From Asterias rubens (lineage: Eukaryota): a stretch of DNA of 64,000 nt. The notes below the pieces were generated by a model. It was not told where the DNA came from and made no database searches. It saw only the letters and a list, made by a program, of their open reading frames with translations. Shown here in pieces: positions 54,101 to 62,917 of this stretch; the stretch's first letter is position 1, and every line of letters starts with the position of its first letter. The stretch is from assembly GCF_902459465.1 (NCBI RefSeq), contig NW_022985697.1:372001-436000 (forward strand). The letters run 5' to 3'. The translations under genes were made by a program, and so were the position numbers.

Positions 54101-56126
54101 ACTAAAGGTGGTAACCTGAATAAATCAACAACAAACAAATAAAGCATTACACAATGAGCTAGTCACATCGGCAATCATTTTGCAGTATAGTTATTTCATG
54201 GAGCTGCTTTCATGGAGCTTGCAGTATAGTTATTACCTTAACAATCTTTCCGAAATTAAGTTCAAAACAAATTGTGGGGTGTCGTGGCCAAGCGGATAAC
54301 GGCACTCCACTCAAGCTCTGGTGTTTCTGTTCAGCAAAGTGTGGGTTTGAGTCCCGGTCGTGACACATGGTACTTGAGCAAGAAACTTAACTAAAATTAC
54401 TTGTCTCCACTCGGGGGTAAATGGGTACCTGTCAGGCAAAGATGTTTCTTGTGATTGATTTAGCTTTAGCAGCAAATATAGCACAGGCTGTGATGGAGCT
54501 GGGATGGTTTAAGGAACGAATCAAATGGCCCAATAATGCTGGAAGCGCTTTGAGTATCTTCATAAGTTACTTTATAAAATAATCACTTGCTACTCAATAT
54601 AAGAATGCAGCGCGCTCTAAAAAGGTTTAGTCTAAATATTTTCGAAAAGCCAAGCTACTAGATAAAATCGTTCCTTATATTAGTTGCAAAACTGTCATCT
54701 TGTTTTGGAGTGAACATACAAGATGGGTATTGTAGTGTCTTACAAAAGAGCAACTTTAACACTTACTGAGTAACTTTGCAGTAAGATGCATTTCTGTGCT
54801 GTGTATAGGTTTACCCTGCCATCAAAAGCCCCTGAGCAAAATAAGTAGCGATCCTGTCAAGAAAGAAAAAAACAAAACTATGACTGTTGATGTTTGGCTT
54901 GAAGTTTAAAATAGTTATTAACACTAGGGTGTTCAGGTAGTCCCAGTGGCTCTTCTCCCTGCCTTTCACCTTTGTAGACCTGGTTCGAATCCCGGAATGA
55001 AGCCTTACATGTGGATCAGGTCTATATGTAGTTTTTTCACCCACAAGTAAAACTGACATTTCTTCATCGCAGTTGGTGGCAAAACCAGTCGTTTGCCACA
55101 AGAGGGGGGAAAGCAGGGGCAATAACATGGTATCAAACCTTTCTAATATACATTTAACCTTTCCATTTTTGCTTTGATTTTTATATATATTTTTTTTCTG
55201 AGGGGGGGGGTCTGATCAGCGGCCTACAAGTCAAAGTAACAAAATGATTTTGAATGTCCCAAAGTTTCATAACTACAAAGAAATAGCCATTGCTGTATGG
55301 TACCAAAGAATTTGAGCATTCTGGTTGGCCTCAATAATCTCTTCCCAGCCTTTGAACCTCTGTGAACCCCAAACCACAACCTCTATGGACCCCAGCCCTA
55401 ACCCCAACCCAAAACCTCTGTGGACCCAAGTGAACCCCAAACCACAACCTCTATGGACCCCAGCCCTAACCCCAACCCAAAACCTCTGTGGACCCAAGTG
55501 AACCCCAAACCACAACCTCTATGGACCCCAGCCCTAACCCAACCCAAAACCTCTGTGGACCCAAGTGAACCCAAAACCACACTAACCCCAAACCACAACC
55601 TCGCATATAGATTGGGTTCCAGGTTTTCAGGTTTGCATACATGTAGGTCTCGATCTGGAATTTTCCTCCCACATCAAAAAATAACAAGTCTTCGCCATCT
55701 TCTCTACATGATCATTTTTAGGAGAGTAAATGAACTTAAATACTTTAAAAAGATGTTAGGCCTGATGTTTTGACCCTAGCGAGTCTTTCTCGAACGCTAC
55801 ATGACAACACAACATATACTTCAGATCATGTACGTTGTGTTTATGTTTTGCCTTAGAGAAAGACTAGGGTTGAAACGTCAGGCCATTAACTGTATTTGCA
55901 TTTATACCACCCCTTTAGTTGTTAAGCAGTTTGCAACACCTAATTTTAATTTCTCATTCCTGAAGAAAAATATACCAACCTTAGGACAGAAAGCAACACC
56001 TCTGACAGTTCCCAGGTGATATTTAAGGAACTGCACTCTACCCTCTTGCTGCATCATGGAATACATGCAGTACCTCCTAGCAACCAACAGCCAAGACCTG
56101 CTCCAAAATACACTCTGCTGGACCAT
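24164..56126 (-). CDS. Uncharacterised WD40-repeat protein, ~359 aa, 12 coding exons
   Basis: Exons (minus): 56126-55980 (exon extends upstream to 56208), 54853-54767, 54115-54053, 53575-53497, 52933-52848, 52454-52401, 50386-50282, 49853-49742, 49353-49251, 48520-48464, 24608-24514, 24255-24164. All GT-AG and phase-compatible; 1080 nt. WD-like blades include YHLGTVRGVAFCPKDRYLFCSGAFDGRVNLY, LHSDIIRDVTF...FVTASVDGHGKV and RHKADVQDMDISPYDEYLVTASKDRSV. The start codon is uncertain. Confidence 0.85.
24671..25035 (+). mobile_element. tRNA-derived SINE (family A), full length
   Basis: A-box TGGACAAGCGG, B-box GGTTCGAATCCC, central GTCCCTGAGCAAGACACTT...CCAGGTGAAATGGGTACC domain, and a GCGCTATAT...ATTATT tail. 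Confidence 0.85.
25183..25592. repeat. 34-bp minisatellite, ~12 copies
   Basis: Unit GCCCCAAACAGCCACAAGTGGCCAGCAGCAGT(A/T)T. It has no stops, which explains the six overlapping ORFs in the track. Confidence 0.92.
26860..27476 (+). promoter_or_regulatory. Candidate promoter and 5'UTR exons (~26930-27019, 27442-27476) of the nested LRR-Ig-FN3 gene
   Basis: CCAAT box GACCAATCAG (26861-26870), GC box CCCCCGCCCC (26906-26915), donor GAG|GTATGC at 27019, and a small exon flanked by TCAACAG| and |GTAAGT. The link to the acceptor at 36053 is inferred. Confidence 0.4.
30728..31030. mobile_element. Kolobok-like MITE family 1, decayed
   Basis: Internal homology to 20192-20606. Confidence 0.7.
31075..31345 (+). 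mobile_element. Decayed tRNA-derived SINE (family B)
   Basis: CAGAGTGTGGGTTTGGTTCCCGGTC head and AAGAGAAAGGGG..TGCCCCGGTGTT body, as in 14392-14837. Confidence 0.55.
34415..34714. mobile_element. Kolobok-like MITE family 1, opposite orientation
   Basis: TTAA|AGGCACTGGA...GTCCAGTGCCT|TTAT. Confidence 0.75.
35785..36050. mobile_element. Partial Kolobok-like MITE family 1 abutting the LRR gene splice acceptor
   Basis: TTGGTAATTACTCAAAAT...GAAAGCACACAACTTCGTGTGACAAGGG matches the 41117 and 43675 copies. Confidence 0.75.
36099..38819 (+). CDS. LRR-Ig-FN3 single-pass transmembrane protein (LIG family; LRRN/LRFN/Kekkon-like architecture), 906 aa, single coding exon
   Basis: In order: signal peptide, Thr/Pro mucin-like repeat, LRRNT (CPSRCTC..VDC), ~9 LRRs (LxxLxLxxNxL), LRRCT (NPWDCNC), Ig I-set (FECGARGDPEPQIEW...GGNYNCTARN), FN3 (VGNITDTSVKMEW...LKPGGEYIICV), TM (IIGSVLATFFGTLLILASIFVILW) and a ~220-aa tail. 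Acceptor TTCTCACAACAG at 36053. Confidence 0.95.
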   Translation: MAFKPGALCALLLLGLCSQLLLSNAQPVVTPRPLRTTIPTAAPPTVETTLQPQGTTTLPQNPSTTMAPTAGTTAVPTAGTTTAPTAGTTAVPTMVPTEVATTVPPPPSTTTQEPTTTPPPCPSRCTCNSMTRTVDCVMASLTSIPSDIPQYTTTLYLSENNFNLLPRGAFAHLPNLIALHLISCGIQSIANGAFNGLNHLTILSLKANQLTSVQGVFQGMPELQELDLEQNRLGSLSQSTLRDFPKLRVLAIGNNDLLSEVSSGAFDMNPLLQSLSISHCALSQIPQDVFQSMTMLQRLDLSGNQVFQIPPRVFEGLTSLQDLMLSSMSLVGINETAFVGLSRLQTLNLGYNDLRNLDSAALTPLNSLKTLVLTRNPWDCNCRMSQFLTWLKSTQIDHYSAQWTCVTPQVLQGQFVYTIQEANFACVPIINKSPSSMVIDYQGYVFFECGARGDPEPQIEWYRPDGMQITATSNAENVYTTFSSAVLVIQKAEEINGGNYNCTARNSHGSASVQFSLSINGIPTTTLPTTPGNPTTVTTDTPPCAFAPIQVKVGNITDTSVKMEWTRYNSPFIKGYIIQTTEFGMEDSSTKLADEEDTFLVVKDLKPGGEYIICVTVFLETCPSITTVDQCEYLTTAGSVDDGMAALVTKHRNEIIGSVLATFFGTLLILASIFVILWQYRKPKSYTKYDFKATSDSAHFADLEDGLGESSKAEMSNQIRYTGSLNKGAAFDQDEFDRMQRAKDIHAAEVYSVPPDALPVYGTPHGKGKGKGKGKGKRNSQAPLIEIELDKRNSDYMVPTPTKEDETPISEAKLVSSEPSVPEESDVGEFGHLYEELDSPKCDCDPVMNGIIESNGSTHTHNHSMQNGHARNGSASKVRFSLPDHEDQQDTHVANGDIAKPDPMVV
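41117..41410. mobile_element. Kolobok-like MITE family 1, one end lost
   Basis: Starts AGGCAGTGGACACTATTGGTAATTACTC. Confidence 0.8.
43675..44052. mobile_element. Kolobok-like MITE family 1, full length
   Basis: CTAA|AGGCAGTGGACACTATTGG...CCAAAAGTGTCCAGTGTCT|TTAA. Confidence 0.85.
44734..47165. repeat. 76-bp satellite array, 32 near-identical copies
   Basis: Unit GTTGGAATAGCTAGCGCAGGGTTCTCCCTGTTAACAAGCTAGCGTATCGAGTAGATGCGCACAGAGTTCAAGTTGA; 2432 bp = 32 x 76; no spacers. Confidence 0.97.
47318..47918. mobile_element. 601-bp non-autonomous piggyBac-like element
   Basis: TTAA|CCCTTTAGTCCCTGCACCGCCC...GGGCGGTACAGTGGCTAAATGG|TTAA. A TTAA TSD with CC/GG termini matches piggyBac; there is no ORF. 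Confidence 0.75.
48694..48884. mobile_element. ~190-bp MITE with TATTGACCC termini
   Basis: TATTGACCCAATTCACCTGATG...GCAAGGGTCAATA. Confidence 0.75.
51371..51508. mobile_element. 138-bp MITE / foldback
   Basis: TIRs GACGCTTGGTGGCAGCAGACTTACCAGGT / ACCTGGTAAGTCTGCTGCCACCTAGCGTC. Confidence 0.8.
54278..54565 (+). mobile_element. tRNA-derived SINE (family A)
   Basis: GGTGTCGTGGCCAAGCGG A-box and a body homologous to 24671-25035. Confidence 0.75.
55355..55601. repeat. ~68-bp minisatellite, ~3.5 copies
   Basis: Unit AACCTCTGTGGACCCAAGTGAACCCCAAACCACAACCTCTATGGACCCCAGCCCTAACCCCAACCCAA at 55413, 55481 and 55548. Confidence 0.88.
55759..55884. ncRNA. Inverted-repeat element whose arms each resemble a variant minimal hammerhead ribozyme
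   Basis: Plus arm 55850-55883: GCCT-TAGAGAA-A-GAC-TAGG-GTT-GAAACGTC-AGGC. Minus arm 55797-55760: GCGT-TCGAGAA-A-GACTC-GCTA-GGGTC-AAAACATC-AGGC. The spacer is partly self-complementary. Confidence 0.55.
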
Positions 56127-57017
56127 CAATCTCAAACCGGTTTCATCCAGATACAAGCAGACTGGACCAGATTTATCTGGAACCAGGTAGCAGATCTGGC
56201 CTGGAAGACTGCATTTAGCTTGCTAATTGAACCATGCTAGCTTTGGATATAGATGTGATCTTTCCTGCAAATTTATGAAATGTAAAACACAACAAAATAA
56301 TAAATCATCAATATCAAAGTGCCATAATTCATTAAAAAAAAAACTCTGGATAGCTTTCATTTCAAATGTTCTACTCTTAGGGATATTTCCAGTTGCAGAT
56401 CGAACCAACCATTCAGTTTCTATAGTTGACTAGAATAAGTATTGTCACTAATTACTGAACTGAACAATTTATTGATTTGTGCCATTCATAGTCGTTAAAC
56501 CAATGGTTATAGGCAAGAGATTGGCCGTTGGTTACCAGTTAGCCCTGGTAGAACGTCGTGCAAAATGGTGCACTGGAGGAGTCCAACCTAGGCCCAATTT
56601 CATGGAGCTGCTTTTTAAAAGCAAAAATAGCTTGCTCATATTACACATGCCATTTATACATCATTTGCTTGTGTCTGGTAATTAGCTGGCGTTTACTACA
56701 TGTAAGCATAACAATTAAGTGGAGTCTTGGCCGGCAATATGATTTTACTAATCGTTTGCTTAAACAAAATTCTGTGCTTAAGCAGCTGCATGGAATGTGG
56801 GAAAAGTTTTCGTAAGGCGACCACTTTTTCATTCGATGTAAAATAACACAGTATCTAGTTAACCTCAATGACAATGAGATATCCCTTTTTTGTAAAAAGG
56901 AGTGAAAAAGGCAGTGGTGGCGCCATACGGAAAGTTGCCAGCAGCCAGCCTTTGCCCTTGCTTGGCCCATGCCATGAAGTGGCCCTGGTCGAGTATGTCA
57001 TGTATATACGGGCTTAC

Positions 57018-58212
57018 ACTACAGAAGTTCCCTTGACTTGACCGACACTGACATTATTGACAGACAGCCCACCTGTGACAATGAGTTGACACTGACACGA
57101 CAGTGTCATGGCATGGAGGAGTACTGCCTCTCATTCTCAAAAAACATTCAAAGCAATACCAACAATAATGTTAACTTTAATTTATCAACAAAAATGTGTC
57201 ACACAACAATGAACAAGTCACTGGCATGGTCAGTGCAGTGGTCACATGTCACCACCGCCATGACCGTGCATGAAGCTATAGTTCCATGTCACATCACACA
57301 GCACAGTGTGACAGTCAGGACAGTCGGCGAGTCCGATCAGCTCAGCCGAGTCTGACTCTGAACCGAGTCTGAGGCTGAGCGCTGAGACACTGTTTTTGTG
57401 AAACACAGTATCGCTTTTTCAATCTCCCAAATTTCAACTGAAACATAAAATAAAAATAGCATCTATGATTTATGGCCAATGCAATACTACAGTACTGAAT
57501 TGAGAGTTTAGAGAAATCGGTTTTATACCAGGGGTTTAAATTTAACTTACCGTGCGACCAGCGAACCTCATCGTCAAATCACACAGAATGCAATGAGTTG
57601 AAATCATAATCTTTGGTTAAATCAAAGCTTTAGCTAGTCTAACTATACAGAGGTTAAAGTTGCATGGTACTCAGGCAGAACTTGCAACAATATATCTAGG
57701 TGCATTGATTACCAGTGAATGGACTAAACTTTTAGTCTTGCTCTCCAGCAGTAATTCTAGACTCAAGAACGCATAGTCTTTTCCGCAAGTCGTTACATTA
57801 GTTCGCATGAGCAAAGCAGACTGAAGTGTAATATTGTGTGCGGTGAGATAGGGCTGCAGAAATCACATGTTCTTTCCTCTATGCTTCATTAAGATTATAG
57901 GAACGACCACATTATATGGGTGCCTGTCGGTGGATCGGAGGGCGCAATCATCCGCCGTTTTTCTGAAAGCCCAACAACAAAAATAAAAGCGCATGTGTGC
58001 TAGCGCCCTCTCTTGACATTTTCGAACTATGACTAACTGGTAACCTAAATACTCTCGAACGATTTACAACAAATGCGTTACCTTTACAGAATGGATACCA
58101 GTGAGTTAAGATGTCAGCGCCCATAGCAAGTGACAATTTGCACAGATTCTTTTTGCTCAGAACTAACTAAAACCAGTGTTCGGCTTAAAGAAAAACCACT
58201 TGAAGTGTTGGG
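57018..58212. promoter_or_regulatory. Bidirectional promoter region for the WD40 gene and FHIT, with WD40 5' exons (57072-57018 and one ending at 57551) and an FHIT 5'UTR exon ending at ~58211
   Basis: GTAAG donors point outward on both strands (57550 minus, 57017 minus, 58212 plus), and the sequence is CpG-enriched. Confidence 0.55.
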
Positions 58213-59025
58213 TAAGTGTACTAAATTGCGAGATCTATTCGGCGTATGCTGGTCATCTCGCGACCCCGACAAGCTCGCTCCATACAAACAAGGACAAAGT
58301 CGCCCCTGCACATCGATTCTAAGTCGCTCTGTCTGATGATCTCAACCAACAACAATGTAAACAAAAACACAACAAAATCATTCCAAATAGATGTACCATC
58401 AAAATTAACTATCTTAAACTGCCTACTTGTTATTTTGTCCTGGTAGGTCAACTAGCTTCTATATGGACCATATAAGTAGCTTTATCATTTCCGACCAGTA
58501 AATATATTTTAGATTAGATTAGATCATGGTGTATTTTTGCAGATAATTTTAACTTTGTGTCTTTGTGGTAGTTTATCTCACACCTGTATCAATCAAGGCA
58601 AATAAATACGAAGATAAAAATTCTTTGGCCTGAAATCCTTGTGTCCATCACGTGTTGTGCACAATGCGCAATCCTTGAAAAGTTACAACCAATGCACAAC
58701 AGTTTTGGGGAAAGCGTAGCATGCAAAACAGATGCATATGGAACAGGGCAGCCGAGCCTCTGTATTTGAGAATTCTATATTAAATTTGGTTTTACCCTTA
58801 CACTGATGTAAGTTAGCACTGTTTACTCAGTAATTTCCGCGAGTTCTGTGAGAATTCTACATGTGTGTGTAGCATGATCAGGATCACCCAAATCTTGGCA
58901 CAATTTTTTCATCATAATGGATCCATAAATGTAAACTAAATATTCTGTTTTCATTTTCTCACAAGGATAACTAGAGTAGAGAAGAAAGAGCCAAGAAAAT
59001 TGATGTAACTCTACAAGCGCCTTCT

Positions 59026-61288
59026 ATGGCAGAAAACTCACAACTTCTCTCCGCTGCCAACAACATGAAAATGTACGCCTTTGGCCAACATCTTATTAGA
59101 GGAGCTCAGGTTTTTTTCAAGACACCTTTAAGTTATGGGTTTGTCAACAAAAAGCCGGTACTCCCTGGCCGTATCCTTTTGCTTCTTCATTCGTATACAA
59201 AGTATTAGAAATCTGTGCATTCTATTTGTAGGTTGACAACCTTGCTACCATGGGTAGTGTGGCATATCGATAACTCTTGTCACTAACCCCTGGAACCCTC
59301 TGCTGAAAAACAAATGATCTTAAGCAGTGCAACCTCGTAATTGTTGGGCCTGTGTTTACAATTTGAGGGCTCGATCTTAACAAATTCAGAACTCCCTGTG
59401 CCAAGTTGTTTGTCAGACTGCTGGCCTGACACTTCACGGAGGCACGAGGGCGATTGCATCCATGCCCTCTGGTCATTGCCTTGGTGCCCTTGAAATGCGC
59501 CAGTATACTGCAGTAGAAATTTACAATACTGAGAAGAAAATTACTTGGTGCCCTTGTCCCGTCAAAAACGAAGCATACAGGCGCGAGACTGTAAACAACA
59601 GTACTGACCCCTGGCACGCGCATCACACGCAGCGACTGATGCCACGCTCACCATGTTGGTGGTCAATATGTTTTCGTGTAAACGCCGCGTCGCCTAAAAT
59701 GTGCACTGCACTGAATAACACACGTTGACATACACCACCAAAACTGCGCATCCTAGATTATTCTGATGATGACGTCAGGTGAATTGGGTCAATAGTGGCT
59801 TTGTTGTCAGACTGTACCTGGAAGTAAATTTCCTTGACCCTACTGATCTTAGATGTCCTGGTTTCGCCACTGCGTGTTGTGGAGCGGTTTCATGATATGA
59901 CATCCGAGGAGGTTGCCGATATGTTCAGGGCGGTGCACATCATTGCCAAGGCTGTTGAAGTAGAGTATGAAGGGACTGCCATGTCACTTGGTTTACAGGT
60001 ATTTCATTTAATTTGTCTTTTCTAGTAAATTGAACGAAAAAGGGAAACTTAGATCTAGACATTTCAGTTGGTGGAGTAACAATAACGTAAAATGTCCTGC
60101 TCTCTTCAGCATTTGTATAGGAGAGTTGTCCATTACATCCATGACAGGACCCCAAGGCGCTGTTCAAATTAAAACAGCACCAAACAAGAGGCAGAAATAA
60201 TCAAAGAGCATAAAAAGATTTCTTAAAATATAAACCACAAAAATGGATCAGCCAATAGTTAAAACCACACACCTCGAAAGTCAAAAAAGTTATGAAAATG
60301 CACTACAATAAAAACATTAGTTTAATATACATTATTTTCTTTACTGGTGCAGCTGGTGTTTTGTAGTAACCGATTAGCATTGCTAGGTAGGCAGCAGACA
60401 GGTGATCCAGCTTAATTTTTCCATGCTGTTTGGCTGTTGGCACGAATTGCCTTCAAGCACACACAGCTACTTATAATCTCAGTCAATGCAGTAAACATCA
60501 ACATAATTGTTGACAGATGTCACTGAGTGTTAGAAGCACCTAACATTCATGGTAAAAGCATGTAGTAAACCGCTAGCATTATTGTTATAATCAACATGTT
60601 GCTTGGTCTTCTTTCAGGACGGACCTGATGCTGGTCAGACAGTTAAGGTAAATTTAATTCTCAATTTATTTGACAACGTTCACAGGAATCACGACGCACT
60701 GGGGTTGTTGGAAAACGGAGACTCTTTTGTCACATATATGAAGATGAAGATTTTTAACGTCTATTGAAAAAATCTCTGGCAAAAGTCTAGTAACTAGACA
60801 TGAACCTGCGAGATACAGATTGTTAACGAGCAATAACAGCCATTGATCAGTGTTCCATGTCAAAACTTGCTCTAAGCATTGAAGAGTTGCCTACACTCGT
60901 TTCAGACAGGTGCTCCAGTGTCGTGCCGAACCAAATTCTGAATTGGGTACATGAAAAGTTTGACGTCTGAAACAATTAGGAACGACTCTGGAGCGCCTTG
61001 GTTTCAGACTTTGATATTGTCATGAGTCGAGCCAATATAACTGTTATTTAACTGTCTGAAACAAAAAGTTATTTGAGTCGACCTAGAGTTGCTCCTATTC
61101 TTTTTGGCTCGGACGACTCTGGTGCACCTGTCTGAAACAAGTGTTAGAGTCCCCCAAACAATCTACAGATGCATTTTTTGGTGGCTCATATTAACTATTG
61201 TCTTGTGAATCTATTTCAGCATGTTCACATTCATATCTTACCAAGAAGAAAGGGCGATTTTAGTCACAACGATGAAATCTATACACAT
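59026..61288 (+). CDS. FHIT: Bis(5'-adenosyl)-triphosphatase (fragile histidine triad protein), partial; final coding exon not found in the window
   Basis: Exons 59026-59170, 59853-59998, 60618-60647, 61220-61288. Sequence FGQHLI...[25 protein letters not shown]...[25 protein letters not shown]..NDEIY includes the HxHxHxx triad. An in-frame stop lies upstream of the ATG. Confidence 0.95.
59602..59794. mobile_element. ~190-bp MITE with TATTGACCC termini
   Basis: TACTGACCC...GAATTGGGTCAATA; homologous to 18891-19083. Confidence 0.75.
60894..61143. mobile_element. 250-bp MITE with ~40-bp TIRs
   Basis: CACTCGTTTCAGACAGGTGCTCCAGTGTCGTGCCGAACCAAA / TTTGGCTCGGACGACTCTGGTGCACCTGTCTGAAACAAGTG; internal TCTGAAACAA motifs are repeated. 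Confidence 0.8.
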
Positions 61289-61304
61289 GTAAGTAACTTC
61301 TTTG

Positions 61305-61647
61305 TTATAATTATTAGCATAAAAACTTACTTGGTAACGAGTAATGGAGAGCTGTTGATAGTATAAAACATTGTGAGAAACGGCTCCCTCTGAAGTAACA
61401 TAGTTTTTGAGAAAGACGTAATATTCCATGAATTTGATTTCGAGACCTCAGATTTAGATTTCGAAATCAAGCATCTGAAAGCACACAACTTTGTGTGACA
61501 AGGGTTTTTTTTTTCTTTCATTATTATCTCGCAACTTTGATGACCAATTGAGCTCAAATTTTCACAGGATTGTTATTATAATCATATGTTAAGATACAGC
61601 AAGTGAGAAGACTGGTCTTTGACAATTACCAATAGTGTCCACTGTCT
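61305..61647. mobile_element. Kolobok-like MITE family 1, left end lost
   Basis: Ends AATAGTGTCCACTGTCT|TTAA and begins ~15 nt after the FHIT exon donor. Confidence 0.8.
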
Positions 61648-62555
61648 TTAACAATGCATTTCTTGCACCATATTTATAAATACAGGTTTGTATTCTCAGA
61701 GATTTTCCAGCAAGTCAAATTTTGCTGAAGTCTGGTAAACTGACATACCTGATCACTGTTAAGTTCTAAATTTGAATCTGCTCAGACTAAAAAAACTGTT
61801 GCTACCTCACATGTTTTACGGCAAGCCTTTGTTTGTATTGACCAATGCACAGAAAACACATTAGTTTGTATTTCAGATATCAATAATAAACCACTAGGGA
61901 AACTGTCTGGGTATATTTCCAATGATTTGGGGGTTCAACAAAGTCATTAAGCACATCATGTTCTAATCCAATAATATGGCTGGCTGTGTTATTATTGAAA
62001 TTGTTGAAAGAAAAGTCTACATCGAAAACTAGTATCTATTATGTTGTGATTAATTTAAAGAATTGTGTAAATCTACTATGTTGAAATGCAATAGCGCCCT
62101 CTCCCATCAAAGACAATACAGCCAACTGTCCTTACAAGGGGCTCTTTGCTTGTTAGTGCCTGCTTGAGTTTGTGTTGTGGGTTTTACAATATTTACAACT
62201 TTGATGTAGAATATCTTTTAAAAACAACACGATATTCAAATGTTGACTTTTGAGTATCTGTTTTTAGACGAATTAGATTAATCTTCTCTCAGTATTTGTT
62301 CAAATAAAAACAGTGTATATGTGAAGGTAGTTTTTACTCAGAATCTGTTTATTATGTAACTGTTCATGTAATTCTGCTGGCAGTGAACTGAATAGATTTA
62401 TTTAATAAACCATTGAATGAAATAAATGAAGGTAGTTTTTTTCTGGCTTTGATTCTGGTCCAGTAATATTTAGAGCTTCAAGCCCTCACACATAGTGGAT
62501 CACTGATACTCATTACACTTTATAGAGCTCATCGAATTCAAGTTCTTGTAGTTAA

Positions 62556-62917
62556 AGGAACGTTGCAGAATTGGTAAGAAACAAAAATCATGAAGATTAT
62601 AGATTTACATGAAACTTATACGGTCTAATGATGATGATAGTAGAAAACATCCCTTGAAATGTTTCTGTCTGAAATCTCGTATTTGATGAGAAATAAATAA
62701 TCTTATTTCGCATTTGGAGTTTATCGCTTTTTATTGAGCGTTTTATTCATTTTTGTTTTGGCATCGATGCAATGCAAAATTTGTAATCGGTTTTTCACTC
62801 ATGACCGTGACCCAGATGGCCGATCGATCTCGAGCTTCTACAGGTTTGTCAGTTTATGTATATGGTGGATTACATAAAGTGCCAGCGACTTTTTTGAACC
62901 AATTCTGTAATGTTCCT
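62556..62917. mobile_element. Kolobok-like MITE family 3
   Basis: TTAA|AGGAACGTTGCAGAATTGG...CCAATTCTGTAATGTTCCT|TTAA. Confidence 0.8.

Noticed and set aside
55273-55773. Repetitive ORFs (GLGLGLGS / PKPQP)
   Set aside because: These are translations of the 68-bp minisatellite.
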